Below are positions 17,668-28,240 of a stretch of DNA of 64,000 bases, piece by piece. The notes under the pieces were generated by a model. That model had not been told where the DNA came from and ran no database searches. It saw nothing but the letters and a program-made list of their open reading frames with translations. Position 1 is the first letter of the stretch. Every line of letters starts with the position of its first letter. The stretch covers positions 2,464,001 to 2,528,000 of the forward strand of contig CBDBDQ010000005.1 in the NCBI GenBank assembly GCA_965203905.1. Direction: 5' to 3'. Source of the DNA: Spirochaetia bacterium (GTDB taxonomy: Bacteria > Spirochaetota > Spirochaetia > SZUA-6 > Bin103). The position numbers and the translations under genes were made by a program.

Positions 17668-18535
17668 AGCGGCGCTGCCGCCGGTGCGCCGCGCGCGCGG
17701 CTACCGGTTGTACACCGAGGACGGCCGGCGCCTGCTCGACCTGTACCTGGACGGCGGCGCGGCGTTGCTGGGACACCGGCCCGAGTTGGTGGGGCGCGCA
17801 CTGAAGAACGTGGCCGGGCGCGGTCTGCTCGGCAACTTGCCGAGCAGCTACCCGGACCGGCTGCGGCGCCGGCTGCGGCAGGCGCTTCCCGGCCACGCCT
17901 GGTTCGGCATCGCGGCGACGGCGGACGACGCTCTGGGGTTGTTGCGCGGCCGGCTCGGCGGCGCCCTGTCGCCACCGTTGCAGGTCGCCGACCCGTTGTC
18001 GGATCCGAACTGGCGCGCGGCGCGGATCGCATGGTGGCGACCGCTGTGCGACGAGCAGCCGGCCGGCGGCGAGTGGTTCGCGCACGGCCCGCCGGCGCTG
18101 CTGCATCGACTGCCGTTCGCCGTGGGCGCCGGGCCGGTCACGGTCAGCACCCGCGAGGGGGGCGCCGGGGCGAGCGCCGCCGCGCCCGACGTGTCACCGC
18201 TGTTGCTGGCCGGTGCTGCGGCCGCCCTCCGGCGCCTGCTGCGCACCGCAGCGGAGCGCAGTGCGGTAGCATCCGTCTGGCCGCCCGCCGCACCGGGCTG
18301 GCGCCGCAGCGGCGTCTACGTGATGGCGGATTATCCGCCGCACCGACACCAGGCCGTGCGCGCGGCCTTCCTGGACGCCGGCGTACTGCTCAATCCACGG
18401 TATCCGGGACCGAGCATTCTCCCCGGGACGGTGAGCCCGGGGGAGGCGGCGCTCTTGCGGCGGTTGTTCGCCACCCAGCCCGGCGGCGCTATTCGCGCTG
18501 CCCCAACAGGCGCACCAGGAACAGGAAGATGTTGA
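17660..18535 (+). CDS. degenerate class-III aminotransferase-like protein
   Basis: VRRARGYRLYTEDGRRLLDL...LGH is the class-III N-terminal motif; the rest is short and divergent. Confidence 0.6.
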   Translation: MSEAALPPVRRARGYRLYTEDGRRLLDLYLDGGAALLGHRPELVGRALKNVAGRGLLGNLPSSYPDRLRRRLRQALPGHAWFGIAATADDALGLLRGRLGGALSPPLQVADPLSDPNWRAARIAWWRPLCDEQPAGGEWFAHGPPALLHRLPFAVGAGPVTVSTREGGAGASAAAPDVSPLLLAGAAAALRRLLRTAAERSAVASVWPPAAPGWRRSGVYVMADYPPHRHQAVRAAFLDAGVLLNPRYPGPSILPGTVSPGEAALLRRLFATQPGGAIRAAPTGAPGTGRC

Positions 18536-19199
18536 TGAAGTCGATGTACAGCTTGAGGGCGCCGAGAATGGAGAAACGCACGAAGTCGTCCTCCGTCATG
18601 CGGTCCCCCGCTTCTTCGCTCCAGCGCTTGATGGCCTGGGTGTCGTAGGCGGTGAGGGCGACGAACACTCCGACGCCGATCAGCGACACCAGGTAGTCGA
18701 ACGCGGGGCTGCGCAGGAACATGTTGACCACCAGCGCGAGCAGGATCCCCCACACCGCCATGCCCGCGTAGTGCCCCACCGTGGTGAGGTCGCGCTTGGT
18801 GACGAAGCCCCATGCGCTGGTGCCCGCGAAGGTGCCGGCGGCCACCACGAACGCCAGCGCGATGCTCTGCTGGGTGAACAGCAGGAACAGCACCGACAGG
18901 GTGACTCCGTTCAACCCGGCGTACAGTACGAAGCTGCCGGTGGCGGCGGTCGGACTCAGCCGCGTGATGCGAGCGGCGAGGAACATCACCAGCAGCAGCT
19001 CGCCGATCACCAGGCCGTAGAATAACATCGGATTCCGCAGCAGGCCCTGGATCAGGGTCGGATTGCCGGCTACTCCGAGGGCGATCACGGCGGTGAGACC
19101 GAGGCCTCCGGTCATCCACAGGTATACGTTGCGCAGGATCCGGTTTTCCCGAACCGCAAGGATCTGATTCAGACTGAAATCTCGATTCGACATCTCCAC
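18489..19199 (-). CDS. Bax inhibitor-1/YccA family membrane protein
   Basis: VYLWM..GL..TA, about 7 TM helices, TAYDTQ.IK, GALKLYIDFINIFL. Confidence 0.93.
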   Translation of the reverse strand: MEMSNRDFSLNQILAVRENRILRNVYLWMTGGLGLTAVIALGVAGNPTLIQGLLRNPMLFYGLVIGELLLVMFLAARITRLSPTAATGSFVLYAGLNGVTLSVLFLLFTQQSIALAFVVAAGTFAGTSAWGFVTKRDLTTVGHYAGMAVWGILLALVVNMFLRSPAFDYLVSLIGVGVFVALTAYDTQAIKRWSEEAGDRMTEDDFVRFSILGALKLYIDFINIFLFLVRLLGQRE

Positions 19200-19324
19200 T
19201 CCTCATCCGCACCGGATGATAAGGTAAATGTGCAGCGCCGCCGTTGCGGCGTCAACCGCCGCCCGGCGCCGACCCGCCCGCGTCTTTCGCAACGCCGCGC
19301 CCCCGAGCGGAACTGCCACCCGCG

Positions 19325-19352
19325 TTGACAGTCCCGTCGCGGCGGGTATGGT
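19325..19352 (+). promoter_or_regulatory. candidate sigma70 promoter
   Basis: TTGACA-N16-TATGGT upstream of the 19430 ORF and rplM-rpsI. Confidence 0.45.
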
Positions 19353-19429
19353 AATGGCGCGAGCGATCCGGCCCGGCAGGGGTCCGGGCTGCTTGCGCCC
19401 CGAGTCGGGCCGTTTCCGGAGGAACAATC

Positions 19430-19693
19430 GTGGTAGCGCTGTTGATCGGGCTGGTTCTCATCCTGTTTGCCATCTATTCCGTGTTGGCGGTCCCCTGGTC
19501 GCCGGGGTGGTGGGACGAGGCGCTGGAGTTCCTGAAGGGCGGCATCCCGATCCTTGCGGTGTTCATCGGCCTGATATCGTTCTTTGTCGGCATTGCGGAC
19601 ATCAAGGACAGGATCGAGGCACAGCGCGAGGAGGAGGAGGAGCGGCGCGAGGCCGAGCAGGCCGCGAACCGGGAAGGAGACGACTCCGGTTGA
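19430..19693 (+). CDS. small two-TM hypothetical membrane protein
   Basis: Two hydrophobic segments and an acidic tail; GGAGG RBS. Confidence 0.8.
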   Translation: MVALLIGLVLILFAIYSVLAVPWSPGWWDEALEFLKGGIPILAVFIGLISFFVGIADIKDRIEAQREEEEERREAEQAANREGDDSG

Positions 19694-19753
19694 CAGCGGG
19701 CCGCAGCCTGCAATAACTTTGCCCGGTTCACGGCCAGCTCAGAGACTCTTTAC

Positions 19754-20191
19754 ATGGATCAATCCGACACTCAGTTTATCAATCCTCGCAATCTGACTCG
19801 CAAGTGGTACGTCATCGATGCCGGCGGCCGACCTTTGGGCCGGGTAGCGGCGCGTGTGGCCACGGTGCTGCGTGGCAAACATCGTCCCTACTACACCCCG
19901 CACCAGGAAGTGGGCGATCACGTGATCGTGATCAATGCCAGGCATGCGCTTCTGACCGGCAGGAAAGTCGAGCAGAAACAGTACTACCGCCATTCCGGCT
20001 ATCCCGGAGGACTCAAGACCGAGAGCTACGCCCACGCCGTGGCGCGCAAGCCGAGTTTCCCGATGGAGCAGGCGGTGCGCGGGATGCTGCCCAAGGGGCG
20101 CCTGGGCCGCAAGCTGTTCGGGAACGTCAAGATCTATTCCGACGCGTCACATCCGCATGCCGCGCAACAACCGGAGGAGCTCAGCCTATGA
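19754..20191 (+). CDS. rplM: 50S ribosomal protein L13
   Basis: KWYVIDA, LRGKH.P.YTPH, YYRHSGYPGGL, GMLPK, HPH.AQQP. Confidence 0.98.
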   Translation: MDQSDTQFINPRNLTRKWYVIDAGGRPLGRVAARVATVLRGKHRPYYTPHQEVGDHVIVINARHALLTGRKVEQKQYYRHSGYPGGLKTESYAHAVARKPSFPMEQAVRGMLPKGRLGRKLFGNVKIYSDASHPHAAQQPEELSL

Positions 20192-20586
20192 CGGCAGCAG
20201 TCAACCTGGCAGCCGGCACCGGGCGCCGCAAGACCGCGATCGCTCGCGTGTACCTGCGCACCGGCAGCGGCAAGATTCAGGTCAACGGCCACCAGCTTCG
20301 CGACTATTTTCGGGCCGACGACCTGGAACGCGAGGTGATCGAACCGCTCGACGTCACCGACAATCTGGCCGCCTACGACGTTCTGATACGGGTAACTGGC
20401 GGTGGTCCGCATGGCCAGGCCGGTGCCTGTCGCCACGGTCTGGCCCGGGCGCTGGTGAGTCACGACGAGAGCAATCGGCGGGCGTTGCGCGCCAACGGCA
20501 TGCTGACCCGCGACCGCCGCATGGTGGAGCGCAAGAAGTACGGCCAGCCCAAGGCACGCCGGCGCTTTCAGTTCTCCAAGCGTTAG
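20188..20586 (+). CDS. rpsI: 30S ribosomal protein S9
   Basis: GTGRRKTAIARV, GGG..GQAGA, LTRD.R.VERKK.G..KARRRFQFSKR. Confidence 0.98.
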   Translation: MTAAVNLAAGTGRRKTAIARVYLRTGSGKIQVNGHQLRDYFRADDLEREVIEPLDVTDNLAAYDVLIRVTGGGPHGQAGACRHGLARALVSHDESNRRALRANGMLTRDRRMVERKKYGQPKARRRFQFSKR

Positions 20587-20654
20587 GACGGGTTCGGTAC
20601 CGCAAACCGGGGGCGGTCCAAGAGCGGCGTCGGGCGGCGGTTTCGGGGCGCTAG

Positions 20655-21356
20655 TTGTCGGGCTTACCCGACGGAGTAAGGATTACACGAATCGATCCGG
20701 CGCGAGCCGGTTCCCGGGTACGGTGGGCGCGCCCTACCGACACCGTGGCAGTTCACACCGGCAGCGACGGGTCGGGTGAGGTCTGGTACCTCGCGGCGGA
20801 GTTGCGCACCGTGGCGGGGCTGCGTTCCGGGGATAGCGCCGATCGCGCGGCGCTTGCGGCCATGCAGCGGCGCTCCGAGGTGCTGCTGGCCGGAAGGCGG
20901 GGGCTGGCGCTGCTGGCGCGTAGCATGCACAGCCGGCGCGCACTGGCTCTCAAGCTGCGGCGCGCCGGCTTCGGCACGGCAGCGGTTACGCAGGCTCTGC
21001 AGCGTCTGGACGAACTCGGATATGTCGACGACATCGGCTTCGCACGTGTGTGGGTGCGCGGGCGCGTGGAACGTGGAGGTGACGGCCGCGCCCGGGTGTT
21101 GGCGGGGCTGTTGAGCCGCGGCGTTTCACGGCAGGACGCACAGGCTGCGGTTGCCGCGGAGTACCCGCTCGAACGCGAGGCCGAGGTCTGTCGAGAGCTG
21201 GCAGGACGCCTGGCCCAGCGGCTAACCCCCGGCGACCGTGGCCGCACGCGCCTCGCGCGCCAGCTTGCCCAGCGCGGCTTTCCCGACCACCAGATTCTGC
21301 AGGCGCTGCGGGACCTGGATCTTGCGGACGGGATGGCGGATGGGTTCGACGGCTGA
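20655..21356 (+). CDS. recX: regulatory protein RecX
   Basis: [14 protein letters not shown]...GF, L.ELGYVDD..FA..W, L..RGV, QLAQRGF; start uncertain. Confidence 0.8.
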   Translation: MSGLPDGVRITRIDPARAGSRVRWARPTDTVAVHTGSDGSGEVWYLAAELRTVAGLRSGDSADRAALAAMQRRSEVLLAGRRGLALLARSMHSRRALALKLRRAGFGTAAVTQALQRLDELGYVDDIGFARVWVRGRVERGGDGRARVLAGLLSRGVSRQDAQAAVAAEYPLEREAEVCRELAGRLAQRLTPGDRGRTRLARQLAQRGFPDHQILQALRDLDLADGMADGFDG

Positions 21357-21639
21357 CACCGCCGCGCCCGGTCGCCTGGAGGCGCGGGTGCGCGGGCGGG
21401 TACAGGGCGTCGGATTCCGCTATGCCACCGAGCGCCGGGCGCGGGCCCTGGGACTGACCGGTTACGTCCGCAACGAGGCGGACGGTTCCGTGCTGGTGGT
21501 GGCAGAGGGGCTCCCGGAGCGGCTCGGCCAATTGCTCGACTGGCTGCGCCGCGGTCCGCCCGGGGCACGGGTTGCGGCGGTACAGCACCGCCCGGCCGCC
21601 TTCCGCGGCGAGTTCCGCCGCTTCAGCGTCGCCTATTGA
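21340..21639 (+). CDS. acyP: acylphosphatase
   Basis: [30 protein letters not shown]. Confidence 0.93.
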   Translation: MGSTADTAAPGRLEARVRGRVQGVGFRYATERRARALGLTGYVRNEADGSVLVVAEGLPERLGQLLDWLRRGPPGARVAAVQHRPAAFRGEFRRFSVAY

Positions 21640-21673
21640 GTCGCGAACCGGCTATCGGGACCGGCGCGCTCAC

Positions 21674-23020
<1,347 letters not shown>

Positions 23021-23085
23021 TCAACCGTATGGCGCACGATCGAGCGTCGAGCCGTGGCTGCTCAGTGAGGCATATGGACGCTACG

Positions 23086-24150
23086 CTATTGGGAACGGGT
23101 ACGAATGGCATCCAGAGCGCCCAGCAGTCGCGGGCGCAGGCGACCGTAGTAGCGCTGGCGCAGCAGCTCGGCATGGCGCAGGAGTCGATACGGCAGCGGG
23201 CGCACGGCGTAGTCCCAGCAACCCCAGAAATGAACGATGTCACCGCCGAAGCCGGTCTTGAACCGGTACAGCCCGAACCACGGGTGCTCGGGATCGGCCG
23301 CCGGCGGGATGCCGTACAGGTCGTAACTGCGGCAGCTCTGGGCCTGCGCCAGCTGCATCGCCTCCCACTGCAACGCGTAGTTGGCCATCGCTTCGCGCTG
23401 ACGCGGCGCTGAGGCCCCGTACAGGTAGCGCGCCATGCGGCCGCACACGCTGACGATGATGCCGCCGACCAGCTGGTCACGGTAGTGCGCCGACAGCAGA
23501 AACAGCTGCGGCGCGTCCACGGCAGCGGCAAGCTCGAACAGCGTCGCGAAGTATGCGCCACTGTGGGCCGTGATCCGATGGCGCTCGGCGGTGGAGCGGT
23601 AGAGGGAATACCAGCCGGCCAACGGTTCCCCCAGCGCCTGCGGTGCGCTGGCAACGGTGACCGTCACCCCGCGGCGCCGTGCCAGGCGGATGTTGTAGCG
23701 GGTCTTCGACTTCATTCGCGCCAGGAGCTGGTCCTCATCTCCCAGGAGGCGCACCAGCACGGTGCTGGTGGGCTGCACGTCCACCGGTGCCCGGTACAGT
23801 CGACCGGCGGCGCTCGGCGGTGGGGCCTCTTCCGCAACCGGCCACGGCAGATCGTAGCGCACTACCGTGGGACGCGCCTGCAAAGTGATCGCGGGGGCCA
23901 GATCTTCCAGCATGCGACCGGCGGCGGGCGCGGCGGGCGCGCGCGGCGGGCCCCCGGGAACGTAGACCAGGGGACCCAGCGGCGTGGAACGCGTCAAAGC
24001 CAGGAGCGTGCCACCGTCGCCGGCAGCGTTCCACTGCAGCGGCTGCGCTCGCCAGCCGAAACGTTCCTTGAAACGTCCCCAGAGGGCGCTCTGCAGCAAC
24101 TCGTCGCCCGGCTGCAAGTCGTCAAGTGCTATCGACGACGCTTCCGCCAT
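23086..24150 (-). CDS. FemAB/FemX-family peptidoglycan bridge aminoacyltransferase
   Basis: LLQS..WG.FK..FGW, MKSKTRYNIRLA, YLYGAS, YDLYGI, GLYRFKTGFGG. Confidence 0.9.
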   Translation of the reverse strand: MAEASSIALDDLQPGDELLQSALWGRFKERFGWRAQPLQWNAAGDGGTLLALTRSTPLGPLVYVPGGPPRAPAAPAAGRMLEDLAPAITLQARPTVVRYDLPWPVAEEAPPPSAAGRLYRAPVDVQPTSTVLVRLLGDEDQLLARMKSKTRYNIRLARRRGVTVTVASAPQALGEPLAGWYSLYRSTAERHRITAHSGAYFATLFELAAAVDAPQLFLLSAHYRDQLVGGIIVSVCGRMARYLYGASAPRQREAMANYALQWEAMQLAQAQSCRSYDLYGIPPAADPEHPWFGLYRFKTGFGGDIVHFWGCWDYAVRPLPYRLLRHAELLRQRYYGRLRPRLLGALDAIRTRSQ

Positions 24151-24221
24151 GCCGGCATCGTAGCGCGACCAGGCGGCACCTCGCCATGCCGGCGCGGCCC
24201 GCCGCCTGCCCGCGCCGGGCG

Positions 24222-25559
24222 CTAACGGCGCAGCGCGGCGATCAGACGCTCGGCATCCTCTACCGAGATCTTGCCCTCCTGCAGCAGGTTGAGCACGGTC
24301 TTGACCTCTTCGCCGCTGGCTTCCTGCCGCGCCTCGGCCCCGCTGTCGGCGTCCTCGCGCTCATCGTGCCAGCGCCGGCGGTGTTCGTGGCGGCGAGCGC
24401 CGGGAGCGCCGAACTTGAACGCGCGGCGCATCTCGCGCGACACTTCTTCGCCGAGACGGCCGAACTTCATGCCGAACTCCTTCATGTCGCGCATGAACCG
24501 AGGAAACTCCTCGCTGAAGTCGACATCGAACCAGATCCCCTCGTGCTCCGGGTCGTGGTGCGAGAACTCCTCCTCATGGTCACGGCGTCCAGTCTCGAAA
24601 TCGGTGTGCTTGGTCACTTCGATCCCTCCTCTCAGGTTGTTGATCAGGAGCAGCATCTGCGGCGTCCCGGAGCCGAACTGCAGCGTGGTCACGCCGCGTT
24701 CGCTGCGGGTGCGAGCGCTGCCGAGGTAGTTGCGCATCACCCCGAGGGTGCGCGCCTTGACCGTGGCGCTGACCTGCTCCGGCAGGGCCACGGTGATCGG
24801 TCCGTTGGCGGAATAGACGGCCAGGCGCGGCGTTCCGGCCGTGGGTCCGGCGTCGTCGGCCGCGGTGTCGGGCTCGGCGTTGGGCTCGGCGTCGGGCGCC
24901 AACTCCGCTGCGGCGTCCCGCTCCCGTGGCGGCAGGGGGGCGACCTGCAGGGCGATGCGGCCATTGGCGCAGCGCACGCTGCCGCCGCCGATGCGGCCGC
25001 GTGCCAGGCGCACCCGTCCGTTGGAAGTGGATACCTGCAGCCGCGGCGTCTCGATGTCGTCCAGGTTGACCGATCCATTGGCGGCAGACACTTCCAGCTG
25101 GGCGGCTACGCTGGCGCAGAGGTTGATCGCCCCGTTGGCCGCCGCGAGGCGCAGCGGTCCACGATGCCGGCGCACGTCGATCTTCCCGTTGCGGGTGCGC
25201 GCGTTGAGCTGGCCGGCCAGGTCGCGCACCTCCAATGCGCCATTGCGGCTGCGCAGGCGGAGCTGGGTGGTCGCGGGGACCCGCAGCCACAGCCTGCCTT
25301 TCTCCGGATCGTCCACGTGGCGTTCATCCAGGGTCGCCACCGGCGGCCCGCCCTCATCCGCCTCCCGCGTCCGGACCGCGAACCGCTCCGGTACGTGCCG
25401 CGGCGCCTCCCCGTGCTCGGGAACGAAGCGCGCCTCGGCGGTGTGGTCGTCGCTCGGCTCCACGGTGAGCGGCGTATTGCGCAGATTGACTTCGAGGCGG
25501 GGGACATCCGCCGCCACTGGCAATTCGATCGTCATACACTCCTCCATCTGGTCGATCAC
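24222..25559 (-). CDS. DUF4097-type beta-strand repeat protein with C-terminal SHOCT-like helix
   Basis: Repeated (S/T/A)xNGxI/V units; VLNLLQEGKISVEDAERLI.AL. Confidence 0.8.
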   Translation of the reverse strand: MIDQMEECMTIELPVAADVPRLEVNLRNTPLTVEPSDDHTAEARFVPEHGEAPRHVPERFAVRTREADEGGPPVATLDERHVDDPEKGRLWLRVPATTQLRLRSRNGALEVRDLAGQLNARTRNGKIDVRRHRGPLRLAAANGAINLCASVAAQLEVSAANGSVNLDDIETPRLQVSTSNGRVRLARGRIGGGSVRCANGRIALQVAPLPPRERDAAAELAPDAEPNAEPDTAADDAGPTAGTPRLAVYSANGPITVALPEQVSATVKARTLGVMRNYLGSARTRSERGVTTLQFGSGTPQMLLLINNLRGGIEVTKHTDFETGRRDHEEEFSHHDPEHEGIWFDVDFSEEFPRFMRDMKEFGMKFGRLGEEVSREMRRAFKFGAPGARRHEHRRRWHDEREDADSGAEARQEASGEEVKTVLNLLQEGKISVEDAERLIAALRR

Positions 25560-25990
25560 AGTTGGCGCAGGGCGTCGTCGACGGCGATGCGTCCGCTGCG
25601 TACGTCGTGCAACAGCGCCAGGCGCGCGCTCCGCGCCGGCGGATTTTCTGCCGGCGCTGCAATTTCCTCGTCCTCGTGCGGCTCGGGCGGCTCGGCATCG
25701 GCGCGCAAGCGTGCCTCCGCCAGGCGCGCATTCACGCTTGCCAGGCGCGCCTTGACCGTGGGATAGGAGATCCCCAAGCGCCGTTCCACGCTGCGGAAGT
25801 TCCCTTCCGCTTCCAGAAACACGTTGACGAAGTGCAGCAGCTCGTCAGGCAGGGCACACACCTCGCAACGGCGGAACGAACCGCGCAGCACCGTGCCGCA
25901 GCCGCGGCAACGGTATTCCTGCACCAACAGTTCATCCGCGCACAGCGGGCATGCGCCGAGGCTCTCCCGCACCTCCGATCTCGCTGGCAT
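25556..25990 (-). CDS. DUF2089-family Zn-ribbon/HTH regulator
   Basis: CPLC..L.V....C..CGT...G.F, F....GN...VER.LGISYPTVKARL, SHOCT-like end; start ATG 25990. Confidence 0.9.
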   Translation of the reverse strand: MPARSEVRESLGACPLCADELLVQEYRCRGCGTVLRGSFRRCEVCALPDELLHFVNVFLEAEGNFRSVERRLGISYPTVKARLASVNARLAEARLRADAEPPEPHEDEEIAAPAENPPARSARLALLHDVRSGRIAVDDALRQL

Positions 25991-26206
25991 GGGCTTCAAT
26001 GTCGTGCCTACCCTTTTATAAATCAAGATCGTAATTGAATTTTTTAAGGGATGGGCTCGCCGCGGCGGGTGCCGCCTGCGGCCCCGATTCTTGACTCCGC
26101 GGCTACGGCGCGCTACGTTCATGCAGATTGCAGCAGCCCAGGCACGCGGGCCGGCCCCAGTGGTGGGAAACGGCGCCGCCACGGCGCTGCGCAGTCAGGG
26201 GGATTC

Positions 26207-27193
26207 ATGGCAGAACGTGATGTGACGCAGGCGCGGATGGCGGGCAATTTCAGTCCGCGGGCGGTCGGTGTCGTAATCGGTGTCGTCGTCCTGTTCGCGA
26301 TCATCGTCTCGAGCGTGTTCGTGGTTGACCAGCGAGAGACCGCGGTGGTGCTCCGCTTCGGGCGCTTTACGCGGTTCGCCGACGAGGGTTTGCACTTCAA
26401 GCTGCCGTTCGGGATCGACCGCAACATCAACGTCGAAACCGAGCAGATCAAGAAACTGGAGTTCGGCTACCGCACCGAGCGCGCGGGCGTCCAGACCGTA
26501 TTCTCACCTCAGGACTTTCCCGAGGAGTCGGTCATGCTCACCGGCGATCTCAACATCGTCGACGTCGAGTGGTCGATCCAGTATCGCATCGTCAACCCGC
26601 GCGACTACCTGTTCAACGTGCTCGACCAGGAGAAGACGCTGCGCGACATCTCGCAGTCGGTGATCAACCAGCTGGTGGGCGACCGCGCGATTCTGGACGT
26701 AATCGGCACCGAGCGCGAGAACATCGAGTTCATCGGCCAGGAGCGGATGAACGAGATCTTCGCCTCCTACGGGCTGGGGATCAACGTCACCGCGCTCAAG
26801 CTGCAGAACATCGTGCCGCCCAAGGGCGCGGTGCAGAACGCGTTCGAGGACGTCAACAAGGCGATCCAGGACCGCAGCCGCTTCATAGAAGAGGGCAAGG
26901 AGGCGTTCAACCAGGCGATCCCGCGGGCGCGCGGGCAGGCGCTGCAGATCATCCAGGAGGCCGAGGGCTACCGTGAGGAGCGCATCAACCGCGCCCACGG
27001 TGACACGGCCCGCTTCCGCGCCGTATACGAGGAATATGAGCGCAACCCGAACGTGACCCGTTCGCGCCTCTACTTCGAGATGTTCGAGGACGTGTTCATG
27101 AACGCGGACGGCACCGACCTGATCGACCGCAACCTGGACAACTTCATCCCGCTCAAGAACCTGGTGCCCACCTTCCAAGGAGCCACGCAGTGA
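26207..27193 (+). CDS. hflK: FtsH modulator HflK
   Basis: N-terminal TM, GLHFKLPFGID, MLTGDLNIVDVEW, AFEDVNKA.QD, IPRARG; start ATG 26207. Confidence 0.95.
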   Translation: MAERDVTQARMAGNFSPRAVGVVIGVVVLFAIIVSSVFVVDQRETAVVLRFGRFTRFADEGLHFKLPFGIDRNINVETEQIKKLEFGYRTERAGVQTVFSPQDFPEESVMLTGDLNIVDVEWSIQYRIVNPRDYLFNVLDQEKTLRDISQSVINQLVGDRAILDVIGTERENIEFIGQERMNEIFASYGLGINVTALKLQNIVPPKGAVQNAFEDVNKAIQDRSRFIEEGKEAFNQAIPRARGQALQIIQEAEGYREERINRAHGDTARFRAVYEEYERNPNVTRSRLYFEMFEDVFMNADGTDLIDRNLDNFIPLKNLVPTFQGATQ

Positions 27194-28188
27194 AAAAAGG
27201 CGTTACCGTAGCCGTCGTCGTCCTGTTCCTGATCATCGTCTTCCTCATGCTGGGCCCGCTGTGGGTGCTGCAGGAGGGCGAGCAGGCGGTGCTGCTGCAG
27301 TTCGGCCGCATCGTGGCCTCGCATCAGGACGCCGGCCTCAAGCTCAAGACCCCGGTGATCGACCGCGTGGTCAAGTTCCCCAAGAAGATCCTGTCCTGGG
27401 ACGGCGCCGCACAGCGCATCCCCACCGAGGAGAACCAGTTCATCTGGGTGGACACCACCGCGCGCTGGCGCATCGAGGACCCGGCACGGTTCTACGAGTC
27501 GGTCACCACCATCGACCAGGCGGCGTCGCGCCTCGACGACATCATCGACTCCGAGGTGCGCAAGATCATCTCCCGCAACCCCCTCACCGAGGCGGTGCGC
27601 AACTCCGACGTGATCAACCAGATCGAACGCCGCAACGTGTTCGCCACGGCAGGCGCCGAAAACGAGATCGACGAAAGCGTTATCGGGGATACCTTCACCC
27701 AGATCACCTACCCGGGCATCCTCAAGGGTCGCACTGAACTGTCGGACGAGGTGCTCACCGAGGCGCGCAAGCTGATCCCGCAGTTCGGCATCGAGGTGAT
27801 CGACGTGGTGATCCGCCAGATCAAGTACTCGGACGACCTCACCGAGAGTGTCTACAACCGCATGATCGCCGACCGGCAGCAGATCGCGCAGGCGTTCCGC
27901 TCCGACGGCGAAGGTCAGAAGGCAGACTGGCTCGGGCGCCGCTCGCGCGAGTTGAACGTGATCCTGTCCGAGGCGCGGCGCCAGGCGGAAGAGATCAAGG
28001 GCGACGCCGATGCCCAGGCCGCCAACATCTACGCCGAGGCCTACAACCAGGACCCCGAGTTCTACGAGTTCTGGAAGGCGGTCGAAGCCTACCGGATGCT
28101 GATGCCGAAGTTCCGCAAGACCCTCACCACCGACGCCGAGTTCTTCAAGTACCTGTACAACCAGGAGGGACAGCTCAGCGGACCGTAG
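27190..28188 (+). CDS. hflC: FtsH modulator HflC
   Basis: EQAVLLQFG, GL..K.P, VY.RM...R, AYNQDPEFYEF; follows hflK. Confidence 0.95.
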   Translation: MKKGVTVAVVVLFLIIVFLMLGPLWVLQEGEQAVLLQFGRIVASHQDAGLKLKTPVIDRVVKFPKKILSWDGAAQRIPTEENQFIWVDTTARWRIEDPARFYESVTTIDQAASRLDDIIDSEVRKIISRNPLTEAVRNSDVINQIERRNVFATAGAENEIDESVIGDTFTQITYPGILKGRTELSDEVLTEARKLIPQFGIEVIDVVIRQIKYSDDLTESVYNRMIADRQQIAQAFRSDGEGQKADWLGRRSRELNVILSEARRQAEEIKGDADAQAANIYAEAYNQDPEFYEFWKAVEAYRMLMPKFRKTLTTDAEFFKYLYNQEGQLSGP

Positions 28189-28240
28189 GAGTAGGAGCCC
28201 TTCGGGTTACGACGGGGGAGCGCTTGGCGGCCGCCGGCCA

